This document shows, piece by piece, positions 24,592 to 31,678 of a DNA stretch of 32,000 bases; position 1 is the stretch's first letter; each line of letters begins with the position of its first letter. The DNA is from Candidatus Iainarchaeum sp. (GTDB lineage Archaea; Iainarchaeota; Iainarchaeia; Iainarchaeales; 0-14-0-20-34-12), in assembly GCA_030649345.1 (NCBI GenBank), contig JAUSKK010000022.1:10613-42612 (forward strand), given 5' to 3'. The position numbers and the translations under genes are program-made. A model generated the notes under the pieces. That model was not told the DNA's origin. It made no database searches and worked only from the letters and a program-made list of their open reading frames with translations.

Positions 24592-25474
24592 TTTTTTCCT
24601 CTAAAAATTTAACCATAGAAACCACAAATTCATTTACAGGTGTTGAAATTTTATGTTTTTTTCCCAAACGAACAACAGCACCATTCAAATAATCAATTTC
24701 GGTTTTACGTTTGTTTTCAAAATCTTGCAACATGGATGTTTTGTGTGAAATTTTACGCAGACGTTCCAATAGAAAAGTTAAATGAGAATCTGGAATCGCA
24801 ATGTTTTCGCAGCCAGCAACCTGTTGACATTCTTTAAAAATTTTAGAAGCCATTTCATCAAAATAAGGATGAATCAATTCAGAATATCGGACTCGAAGAA
24901 TAGTTGTTAAAGGATTCATAATAGAAGCATTGGTTAATTTCAGCCAAATTTCTTGTTTGAAATTTTCTTCCACAAAGACATTGGCAATTGTATTTGAAAA
25001 AAGTTCTGCAATTTCTGAACTCAAAGAGGATGGCTCAATTTGCAAAGCAGAAAAAGAAGAAACATTCACACGCCCGGGTTCAGGAAAAGTTACAGCAATT
25101 CTAGAAATGCCTTGCAAAACAGAGCAAGGTAAAATCTTTCGGGCTTCATCAATAGAACCCAAGCCATTCTGAATGCATAAAACAACCGTGTCAGCTTGAA
25201 CTAAATCTTTTAATTCATGACAAGCTTGAGCTACATCAAAACATTTAGTGGAAAGAATAACCAAAGTATTGGACATAATTTCAGAAATTAAATAAGCAGC
25301 TGTTGGATGAAATGTTTCACTAAGTTCTCCGGTTAACTTTAATCCATTTTTTTGAACAGCTTGAATATGCGCTTGATTTCGAGTAACCAAAGTCACTGGC
25401 AAATGCTTGGATAAAATTGCACCGTATGCAGAGCCTACAGCACCAGCACCGTATACAATAACTTGAGAAAACAT
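24578..25474 (-). CDS. panE: 2-dehydropantoate 2-reductase (ketopantoate reductase, ApbA/PanE family)
   Basis: 298 aa. Has an N-terminal Rossmann motif VYGAGAVGSAYG and the C-terminal SMLQD...RKTEIDYLNG signature. It overlaps the downstream gene by 14 nt. Confidence 0.85.
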   Translation of the reverse strand: MFSQVIVYGAGAVGSAYGAILSKHLPVTLVTRNQAHIQAVQKNGLKLTGELSETFHPTAAYLISEIMSNTLVILSTKCFDVAQACHELKDLVQADTVVLCIQNGLGSIDEARKILPCSVLQGISRIAVTFPEPGRVNVSSFSALQIEPSSLSSEIAELFSNTIANVFVEENFKQEIWLKLTNASIMNPLTTILRVRYSELIHPYFDEMASKIFKECQQVAGCENIAIPDSHLTFLLERLRKISHKTSMLQDFENKRKTEIDYLNGAVVRLGKKHKISTPVNEFVVSMVKFLEEKNGCT

Positions 25475-25495
25475 ATCAAATCAGCAGTAAAAAAG

Positions 25496-25503
25496 ATTTA
25501 AAT
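25496..25503. promoter_or_regulatory. Shared palindromic TATA box in a 53-bp divergent intergenic region
   Basis: ATTTAAAT is a perfect palindrome. Its centre is about 25 nt from the panE ATG (25474) and about 28 nt from the AbrB-ACT ATG (25528). A purine-rich AAAAAG lies on the 5' side. Confidence 0.45.
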
Positions 25504-25527
25504 AAAGGTCTTGCATCAAAGCATACA

Positions 25528-25890
25528 ATGAATACACAAACAGTCAAATTGGACTCCAAAGGCCGAATTATTATTCCAAATTCATTCAGAGAAAGCTTGG
25601 GAATTAAAATAAGTGAAAATATTGTAATTGAATTAGACAAAGAAAACGAGCGAATGATTGTATTTCCAATCCAAAAAAATGTCAAAAAAATGGAAATCAA
25701 ATTCGGAGACCAGCCAGGTGCTTTAGCCAAAGCAGCCAATATTCTAGCCAAACACAAAGTAGACTTAGTATACAGTGAGTCTAGAAGCAGTAAACGCGGA
25801 AAAGAAGCAGTCTGGATTGTGGTTGCTGATTTTAGTCAATCCAATATGGAAAAACTCAAACAAGAACTGGCCAAAGAAAGGTTTAAATAA
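25528..25890 (+). CDS. SpoVT/AbrB DNA-binding domain fused to an ACT ligand-binding domain
   Basis: 120 aa. VKLDSKGRIIIPNSFRESLGI..ENIVIELDKENERMIVFP is the AbrB swapped-hairpin domain. MEIKFGDQPGALAKAANILAKHKVDLVYSESRSS..GKEAVWIVVADF is the ACT beta-alpha-beta-beta-alpha-beta domain. Confidence 0.75.
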   Translation: MNTQTVKLDSKGRIIIPNSFRESLGIKISENIVIELDKENERMIVFPIQKNVKKMEIKFGDQPGALAKAANILAKHKVDLVYSESRSSKRGKEAVWIVVADFSQSNMEKLKQELAKERFK

Positions 25891-25997
25891 ACCATGCATT
25901 AATTAGTATGTATGAATCCCACTTTTTACCCACAAATGCAAAGTGATTTACTTCACCTGCCCCAAAAAAGAAACTGATTTTTTAACACAAAGAAGGG

Positions 25998-26573
25998 ATT
26001 TACTTCATCAAGGTCTTACTGCCTAAAAATACTGGGCTAAAGACCTTTGCAGAACAAACTTTGGAAAAACTAAATATTTCAAAAAAAGATATTTTGCTGT
26101 TCCGCGGAGAAGATATTCCAAAACTGGTTGACAAATTTACCCAAGAAGGAACGAATGTTATTGGAATAACAGGGAATGATTTATTTACAGAATACTGTTT
26201 AAGAACATCCAGTAAGTTAAAAGTTCTGAAAAAAATTGAATGGAACAATGAAGCTTATTTGTTCAAAAAACCCACTTTATGCCTATTAGGACCGGAAAAT
26301 AAAACTTTAAACGATTTATCGAAACGCATACGAATTGGAATCAATCGGAAATACACCTGCATTAGCGAGGAGTACTTAAAGCAATGGAAAAAAGAAGGAC
26401 AAAAAATTCAATGCAGGTATTTCAGCGGAGAAACAGAACAAACTGTAAAACAAGGACTAACGGATTTATGCATTGAAATTGTCTGCACGGGTTCTAGTTT
26501 GCAAAAAAATGGACTGCAAATTTACGACAAAGTATTTGAAAGCGATTTAGTCATAGTGGGGGATGGAAAATGA
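25998..26573 (+). CDS. hisG: ATP phosphoribosyltransferase, short form (HisG-S); start codon uncertain
   Basis: ILLFRGEDIPKLVDKFTQEGTNVIGITGNDLFTEY and the C-terminal GETEQTVKQGLTDLCIEIVCTGSSLQKNGL match HisG signatures. The frame is open from 25986 and encodes the expected N-terminal KVLLPKNTGL upstream of the first canonical start (TTG 26061). Only ATT 25998, ATC 26007 and CTG 26019 are available there. There is no C-terminal regulatory domain. Confidence 0.75.
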   Translation: MYFIKVLLPKNTGLKTFAEQTLEKLNISKKDILLFRGEDIPKLVDKFTQEGTNVIGITGNDLFTEYCLRTSSKLKVLKKIEWNNEAYLFKKPTLCLLGPENKTLNDLSKRIRIGINRKYTCISEEYLKQWKKEGQKIQCRYFSGETEQTVKQGLTDLCIEIVCTGSSLQKNGLQIYDKVFESDLVIVGDGK

Positions 26574-26625
26574 TTTTAAATTTGCAAAATTTAAAAACTT
26601 TTAAAATTCTAAGGGGGAATTTTAA

Positions 26626-27903
26626 ATGATTCCAATAATTTTATTAAAAAATAAACGAAAAATTCAGAAACTCAAAGAGCGCGGGCAGACTGATTTAAGA
26701 GAAATTGAACAAAGAGTAAGACGCATTGTGCAAGAAGTTCGAACCAAGGGGAATACTGCAATTTTTAAGTTTACAAAAAAATTTGACAAAGTAGAATTAA
26801 AGGAAAATAGGCTTAAAGTGACCAAAAAAGAAATACAAAAAGCTTATGGAAAGGTTTCCAAAAAAGAAATTCAGGCACTCAAACAAGCACAAAAAAATAT
26901 TAAATTTTTTGCACGAAAACAGTTACCTAAACCATTTGAAACTGAACTTGAAAAAGGAATTATTTTAGGAGAAATTATACGGCCTTTAGAGAGTGTTGGA
27001 ATTTATGTTCCAGCTGGAAGATTTCCTTTGCCTAGCTCGGTTTTAATGAATGCCTTGCCTGCTCAAGTAGCTGGAGTGGAAAAAATTATTGCCTGCAGTC
27101 CTCCCAATCAGCAAGGAAAAATCAATCCAGGAATTTTAGTAGCCTGTGATTTAGCTGGAGTAAAAGAAATATTTAAAATAGGCGGAGCCCAAGCCATTGC
27201 AGGAATGGCTTATGGAACGAAGACAATTCCAAAAGTCAACAAAATTGTTGGACCTGGAAATATTTATGTGACACTCGCAAAAAAAGAAATATTTGGAGAA
27301 ACCGGAATTGATTTCTTGGCAGGACCAACAGAAGTCATGGTAATTGCAGGAAAAGGAAATTCAGAACGAATTGCTGCAGATTTATTGGCGCAAGCAGAAC
27401 ACGATGTACGCGCCAGCGCTATTCTGGTTACTTGGAACAAGACTTTGGCCAAAACTGTGCAAAAAGAAGTGGCCAAACAATTGGCTGAATTGAAGACTAA
27501 AGAAATTGCAGAAAAATCAATTCAAAACAATAGCGGAATTATTTTAGTAAAAAATGAAAATCAAGCATTTGAATTAGCCAATGATTTTGCACCCGAACAT
27601 TTAGAAATAATTGGAATCCAAAACGGAATTCAAAAAGTCAACAATGCAGGAGGTATATTTATCGGAGAATATAGTTGTGAAGCTTTTGGAGATTATTGTT
27701 CTGGCACCAACCATGTATTGCCGACAACCCAAGTAGCCAAATATCGGGCAGGATTAAGCACAAGAGATTTTGTCAAACAAATTACGTATCAAAAATTAAG
27801 CAAATCCGGAGCCCAAAAATTGGCAAAAACAGGAATAATCATTGCAGAAATGGAAGGATTGGATGGACACGCAAAATCCATGAAATTAAGAATGAAAAAA
27901 TAA
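26626..27903 (+). CDS. hisD: Histidinol dehydrogenase
   Basis: 425 aa. Contains AQAEHD, GDYCSGTNHVLPT and IVGPGNIYV. An AGGGGGA Shine-Dalgarno lies upstream. Confidence 0.95.
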   Translation: MIPIILLKNKRKIQKLKERGQTDLREIEQRVRRIVQEVRTKGNTAIFKFTKKFDKVELKENRLKVTKKEIQKAYGKVSKKEIQALKQAQKNIKFFARKQLPKPFETELEKGIILGEIIRPLESVGIYVPAGRFPLPSSVLMNALPAQVAGVEKIIACSPPNQQGKINPGILVACDLAGVKEIFKIGGAQAIAGMAYGTKTIPKVNKIVGPGNIYVTLAKKEIFGETGIDFLAGPTEVMVIAGKGNSERIAADLLAQAEHDVRASAILVTWNKTLAKTVQKEVAKQLAELKTKEIAEKSIQNNSGIILVKNENQAFELANDFAPEHLEIIGIQNGIQKVNNAGGIFIGEYSCEAFGDYCSGTNHVLPTTQVAKYRAGLSTRDFVKQITYQKLSKSGAQKLAKTGIIIAEMEGLDGHAKSMKLRMKK

Positions 27904-27907
27904 ATCA

Positions 27908-28005
27908 GTGCTGCTGCAAGCACAATTAAAACGAACACGTTTTAATGTGCATCAAAATCTGCTGATTTTGATTGCAGCACGTTCGATCAACCGGAACTCC
28001 GGTTG
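27908..28005 (+). other. Highly structured, G+C-enriched hisD-hisC spacer with four consecutive hairpins (candidate cis-regulatory RNA, processing site or small repeat element)
   Basis: H1 is GTGCT/AGCAC (27908-27923). H2 is TTAAAACG/CGTTTTAA (27926-27945). H3 is TGCATCAAAAT/ATTTTGATTGCA, 11 bp with one bulge (27948-27976). H4 is CAACCGG/CCGGTTG (27988-28005). An alternative long-range pairing is GTGCTGC (27908-14) with GCAGCAC (27974-80). The spacer is followed by GGAGGTGA and the ATG at 28019. Confidence 0.4.
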
Positions 28006-28018
28006 CGGAGGTGAAAAA

Positions 28019-29728
28019 ATGATACAATTCAGAAAAGAAATAACAAAAATGAAAGCATACAGCCCGCCTTTGGAAGGACGAGAAAATTACTTGTGTTTGG
28101 ATTTTAATGAAAAAACAATCCAGCCCAGCAAAAAGATTCTAAAACAATTGCAAAAAATGGATTTTAAAAAATTAAACCAATATCCAAGTTATTCAAAGGC
28201 AATCAATGCATTGGCCAAATATTGGAAGATAAGCACAGAACAAGTTTTGTTAACCAATGGATCCAATGAAGCCATTAAAGTCTGCATGGATGCAGCGGTT
28301 GGAGTTGGAAACGAAATCTTGCTGATGACACCCAGTTACAAGATGTACGAAGTCTATGGACAAGCCAGTTTTGGAAAAATCAAAAAAATCAAACTAAACG
28401 CAGATTATTCATTTCCAGTGAAAAAAATAATTCAAGGAATAAACAAAAAAACAGCTTTGATTATTATCTGCAATCCCAATAGTCCAACTGGAACCATGAT
28501 TTCAAAAAAAGAATTAGAACAAGTACTCAAAAAAGCAAAGAATGCATTAGTACTGGTGGATGAAGCTTATGGAGAATTCAACAATACTACGTGTATTGGA
28601 TTAACTAAAAAATATGGAAACTTAGGAGTAGTAAAAACATTGGCTAAAGCCTATGGGCTGGCAGGAATACGATTGGGGTATATAATTGGAAATCAAAAAA
28701 TTATTCAAGAATTAAAAAAAGTCAAAGCACCCTACACAGTCAATACTATTGCAGCAGATATTATTCCAACGGCATTAACAGATCAAACTGGAATGAAACG
28801 CTATGTTCAAGAAATTCAAAAAAGCAAAAAAATATTATACAAAAAATTGAAAAAAGAAAAAATTTCGTTTACTCCCAGCAAAACCAATTTTGTATTAATT
28901 GATTTTAGAGAAAAGAAAGATTTAGTATTTAATGGATTAAAAAACGAAAAAGTATTGGTGAGAGATGTAAGCCAGCAACTGGGATTAACAGGCTGCCTGC
29001 GAATCACAGTGGGAACTGTGGATCAGACAAAGTATTTAATTCAAAAATTAGACCAAATTTTGAACAAACCCTTGTTAATATTTGACTTAGATGGCGTATT
29101 GATAGATGTAACACAGTCTTATAGAAAAGCCATTCAAAAAACAGTACAGTTTTTTACCGGAAAAAAAATAAAGGAAAACGAAATTCAAGAATTAAAAAAC
29201 ACAGGAAACTACAACAATGACTGGAAACTTTCACAAAAGCTAATTCAAATCAATGGAAAAAAAGTTAAATTTGAAAAGGTTCGAAGAAAGTTTCAAGAAT
29301 ATTATCTAGGAAAAAACTGGGCTGGATTAATTTTAAGCGAACGAATACTTGTAAAGCTCAAATTATTGGAAAAGTTATCGGAGCAATATTCCTTAAGCAT
29401 TTTCACAGGAAGGCCTAAAAAAGAAGCTTTATTTGCACTGAATAAACTAGGATTGGCACGGTACTTTAAGGAAATAATTTGCTTAGAGGATACTGGGGAA
29501 AAAATGAAGCCTAACCCATTTGGATTAAATTTAATTTTAAAAAAATATAACCGCAAAAACGCAATCTATATTGGAGACAGCATGGAGGATATTTGGGCTG
29601 CAAAAAAAGCAGGAATTCAAACTATTGGAATTGCCAAACGAAAAGAAAAAAAATTAAAGAAATTATTTTTGAATGAAAAAATTCAAGTAATTGAAAACGT
29701 AAACCAAATTGAAAAGGTGTTACCATGA
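28019..29728 (+). CDS. hisC: Histidinol-phosphate aminotransferase fused to a C-terminal HAD-superfamily phosphatase domain
   Basis: The start at ATG 28019 has a GGAGGTGA Shine-Dalgarno and gives MIQFRKEITKMKAYSPP, a typical HisC N-terminus. The aminotransferase part has NPNSPTG, VDEAY and KTLAKAYGLAGIRLGY. From about nt 29066 the HAD motifs appear: LIFDLDGVLID (I), SIFTGRP (II), KPNP (III) and GDSMEDIWAAKKAG (IV). Confidence 0.85.
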   Translation: MIQFRKEITKMKAYSPPLEGRENYLCLDFNEKTIQPSKKILKQLQKMDFKKLNQYPSYSKAINALAKYWKISTEQVLLTNGSNEAIKVCMDAAVGVGNEILLMTPSYKMYEVYGQASFGKIKKIKLNADYSFPVKKIIQGINKKTALIIICNPNSPTGTMISKKELEQVLKKAKNALVLVDEAYGEFNNTTCIGLTKKYGNLGVVKTLAKAYGLAGIRLGYIIGNQKIIQELKKVKAPYTVNTIAADIIPTALTDQTGMKRYVQEIQKSKKILYKKLKKEKISFTPSKTNFVLIDFREKKDLVFNGLKNEKVLVRDVSQQLGLTGCLRITVGTVDQTKYLIQKLDQILNKPLLIFDLDGVLIDVTQSYRKAIQKTVQFFTGKKIKENEIQELKNTGNYNNDWKLSQKLIQINGKKVKFEKVRRKFQEYYLGKNWAGLILSERILVKLKLLEKLSEQYSLSIFTGRPKKEALFALNKLGLARYFKEIICLEDTGEKMKPNPFGLNLILKKYNRKNAIYIGDSMEDIWAAKKAGIQTIGIAKRKEKKLKKLFLNEKIQVIENVNQIEKVLP

Positions 29729-30303
29729 ATCGAATTGGAAAAATTGAACGAAAAACAAACGAAACCAATATTTCGGTTGAGATAAATTTGGATGGAACTG
29801 GAAAATACGAAATTAACACACCCATTCCTTTTTTCAGCCACATGTTAGAATTATTGGCAAAAACGTCAGCTATGGATGTATCTGTCAAAGTCTCGGGAGA
29901 TTTAGAGCACCACATGATTGAAGATACAGGCATTGCATTAGGGCAAACATTAAAGCAAGCCATTGGAACCAAAGAAGGAATTCAAAGATACGGATTTTTT
30001 CTTTTACCCATGGATGAATGTTTGGCTCAATGTGCAATCGATTGGTGCAATCGAAGTACTCTAGTATTCAAGTGTAAATTTAAATATGAAAAAGTGGAAG
30101 GAATGAGCACAGATTTGATTGAACACTTTTTCAAAAGCTTGAGCGAAAATGCAAGCATGACCATTAATTTGCAGTTATTGGAAGGAGACAACGAGCACCA
30201 TAAAGCCGAAGCTTTATTCAAAGCATTCGGAAAAGCCTTGCGAATGGCAATGCAAAAAGACCCAAATCTAAAAGGAATTCCAAGCACTAAAGGGACAATA
30301 TGA
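29725..30303 (+). CDS. hisB: Imidazoleglycerol-phosphate dehydratase, monofunctional
   Basis: 192 aa. Contains RKTNETNI, FFSHMLE, the DLEHHMIEDTGIALG pattern and HHKAEALFKAFGKALR. It makes an ATGA overlap with hisC. Confidence 0.95.
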   Translation: MNRIGKIERKTNETNISVEINLDGTGKYEINTPIPFFSHMLELLAKTSAMDVSVKVSGDLEHHMIEDTGIALGQTLKQAIGTKEGIQRYGFFLLPMDECLAQCAIDWCNRSTLVFKCKFKYEKVEGMSTDLIEHFFKSLSENASMTINLQLLEGDNEHHKAEALFKAFGKALRMAMQKDPNLKGIPSTKGTI

Positions 30304-30914
30304 ATGAAAAAATAAGTATTTTAAAGTATGGACTGGGAAATACCCAAAGCCTAGCCAATGCTCTGGAAAAAATGCAAATCCAATATGAATGGATTAGTAA
30401 ACCCAAGCAGATACAAAAGGCAAAAAAAATTATTGTTCCAGGTGTTGGAAATTTTGGAACAGCCATGAAAAACATTCGCAGACAAAAATTGAAACAATCA
30501 CTGACACAAGCAGTTCAGACAGGAACACCTTATCTGGGAATTTGTCTAGGATTGCAGATTTTGTTTGAAGAAAGCCAAGAAAGCAAAGGAATCAAAGGAC
30601 TGGGAATACTGAAGGGAAAAATTCAAAAGTTTCAAGGAAAAGAAAAGATTCCACAAATGGGATGGAACCGAATACAAAAAATCAAAACAAGTCCATTGTT
30701 TGAAAAAATTCCAAATAAAGCATTCATGTATTTTGTACACAGTTATTATGCCAAACCTAAAGACAAAAAAATCGTTGCTGGAACAACAGAATACGGAGAA
30801 ACATTTCCGTGTGTTATTCAATATAAAAATATTTATGGAACACAATTTCACCCGGAAAAATCAGGAACATTGGGTTTACAAATATTGAGAAATTTTGCAG
30901 GGTTGAGAAAATGA
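30300..30914 (+). CDS. hisH: Imidazole glycerol phosphate synthase, glutamine amidotransferase subunit
   Basis: 204 aa. Contains PGVGNFG, GICLGLQ (catalytic Cys) and QFHPEKS (His/Glu). Its start and stop both overlap the neighbouring genes. Confidence 0.95.
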   Translation: MNEKISILKYGLGNTQSLANALEKMQIQYEWISKPKQIQKAKKIIVPGVGNFGTAMKNIRRQKLKQSLTQAVQTGTPYLGICLGLQILFEESQESKGIKGLGILKGKIQKFQGKEKIPQMGWNRIQKIKTSPLFEKIPNKAFMYFVHSYYAKPKDKKIVAGTTEYGETFPCVIQYKNIYGTQFHPEKSGTLGLQILRNFAGLRK

Positions 30915-31678
30915 AAACCATTCGAATCATTCCCTGCTTGGACTGCAAATTCATTGGAAAAAAGGCCACAGTAGTCAAAGGAATACAATTTCAAAGTTTA
31001 AAACAAATAGGGAATCCAGTAGACTTGGCTAAAAAATATTATAACCAAGGAGCAGACGAGATTTGTTTTTTAGATATTACCGCCAGCCAAGAAAGCAGAA
31101 AAACCATGCTAAAAACAATAAAACAAGTCAGTCAAGAAGTATTCATTCCTTTGACAGTCGGGGGAGGGATAAAATCAGTGAAAGATGCACAAAAAGCGTT
31201 TCAAGCTGGAGCAGATAAAGTCAGCATAAATACAGCTGCATTGGGAAATCCTGAATTAATCCAAGAAATAAGCCAGCAATTTGGACAACAAGCTTGTGTA
31301 ATTGCAATGGATGTAAAACAAATAGGAAAAGAATGGTTGGTTTTCAGTTATGGAGGAACACGGAATACTGAAAGAAGCGCAATTGAATGGGCTCAAACAG
31401 CAGAAAAATTAGGAGCCGGAGAATTATTGGTTACAGGAATTGGAAATGATGGAATGAAAACAGGCTACGACAATGAATTGCTGAAAAAAATAAACCAAAA
31501 AGTAAAAATTCCAGTCATTGCATCCGGCGGAGCTGGAAGTTTAAAGGATATCAAAAATGGAATTATTCAAGGAAAAGCAGACGCTGTATTGATAGCTAGT
31601 TTATTTCACTTCAATCAATTTACAGTACAAGAAGTAAAAAAATATTTGACTAAAAAAGGAATTTGTGTGAGACTATGA
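30911..31678 (+). CDS. hisF: Imidazole glycerol phosphate synthase, cyclase subunit
   Basis: 255 aa. Contains RIIPCLD, ADEICFLDITAS, LTVGGGI and ASGGAG. Confidence 0.95.
   Translation: MKTIRIIPCLDCKFIGKKATVVKGIQFQSLKQIGNPVDLAKKYYNQGADEICFLDITASQESRKTMLKTIKQVSQEVFIPLTVGGGIKSVKDAQKAFQAGADKVSINTAALGNPELIQEISQQFGQQACVIAMDVKQIGKEWLVFSYGGTRNTERSAIEWAQTAEKLGAGELLVTGIGNDGMKTGYDNELLKKINQKVKIPVIASGGAGSLKDIKNGIIQGKADAVLIASLFHFNQFTVQEVKKYLTKKGICVRL

Noticed and set aside
25936-25977. Histidine leader peptide or attenuator upstream of hisG
   Set aside because: The 13-codon mini-ORF contains a single His codon and no His run. No terminator/antiterminator pair with a T-tract follows it. It is kept only as part of the hisG start-codon anomaly.
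27908-27980. Possible tRNA: a 73-nt segment closed by a perfect 7-bp stem (GTGCTGC/GCAGCAC)
   Set aside because: The interior does not fold as a cloverleaf. There is no D-arm complement. The internal stems are 8 bp with a 4-nt loop and 11 bp with a 6-nt loop, not 5 bp with 7-nt loops. No GTTCRANYC T-loop sits in the correct position.
27908-28018. GTG-initiated 37-codon N-terminal extension of hisC (the ORF track starts at 27908)
   Set aside because: The extension (MLLQAQLKRTRFNVHQNLLILIAARSINRNSGCGGEK) has no HisC-like sequence. The ATG at 28019 is preceded by a strong GGAGGTGA Shine-Dalgarno and gives a typical HisC N-terminus. The open frame is plausibly accidental in a locally G+C-richer, structured spacer.
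25476-30475. Minus-strand ORFs of 62-116 aa within the his region (25476-25757, 26000-26248, 27264-27476, 28816-29007, 29302-29556, 29622-29972, 30027-30475, 30546-30851)
   Set aside because: All are antisense to strongly supported his genes or to the AbrB-ACT gene, and I recognised no motifs in them.
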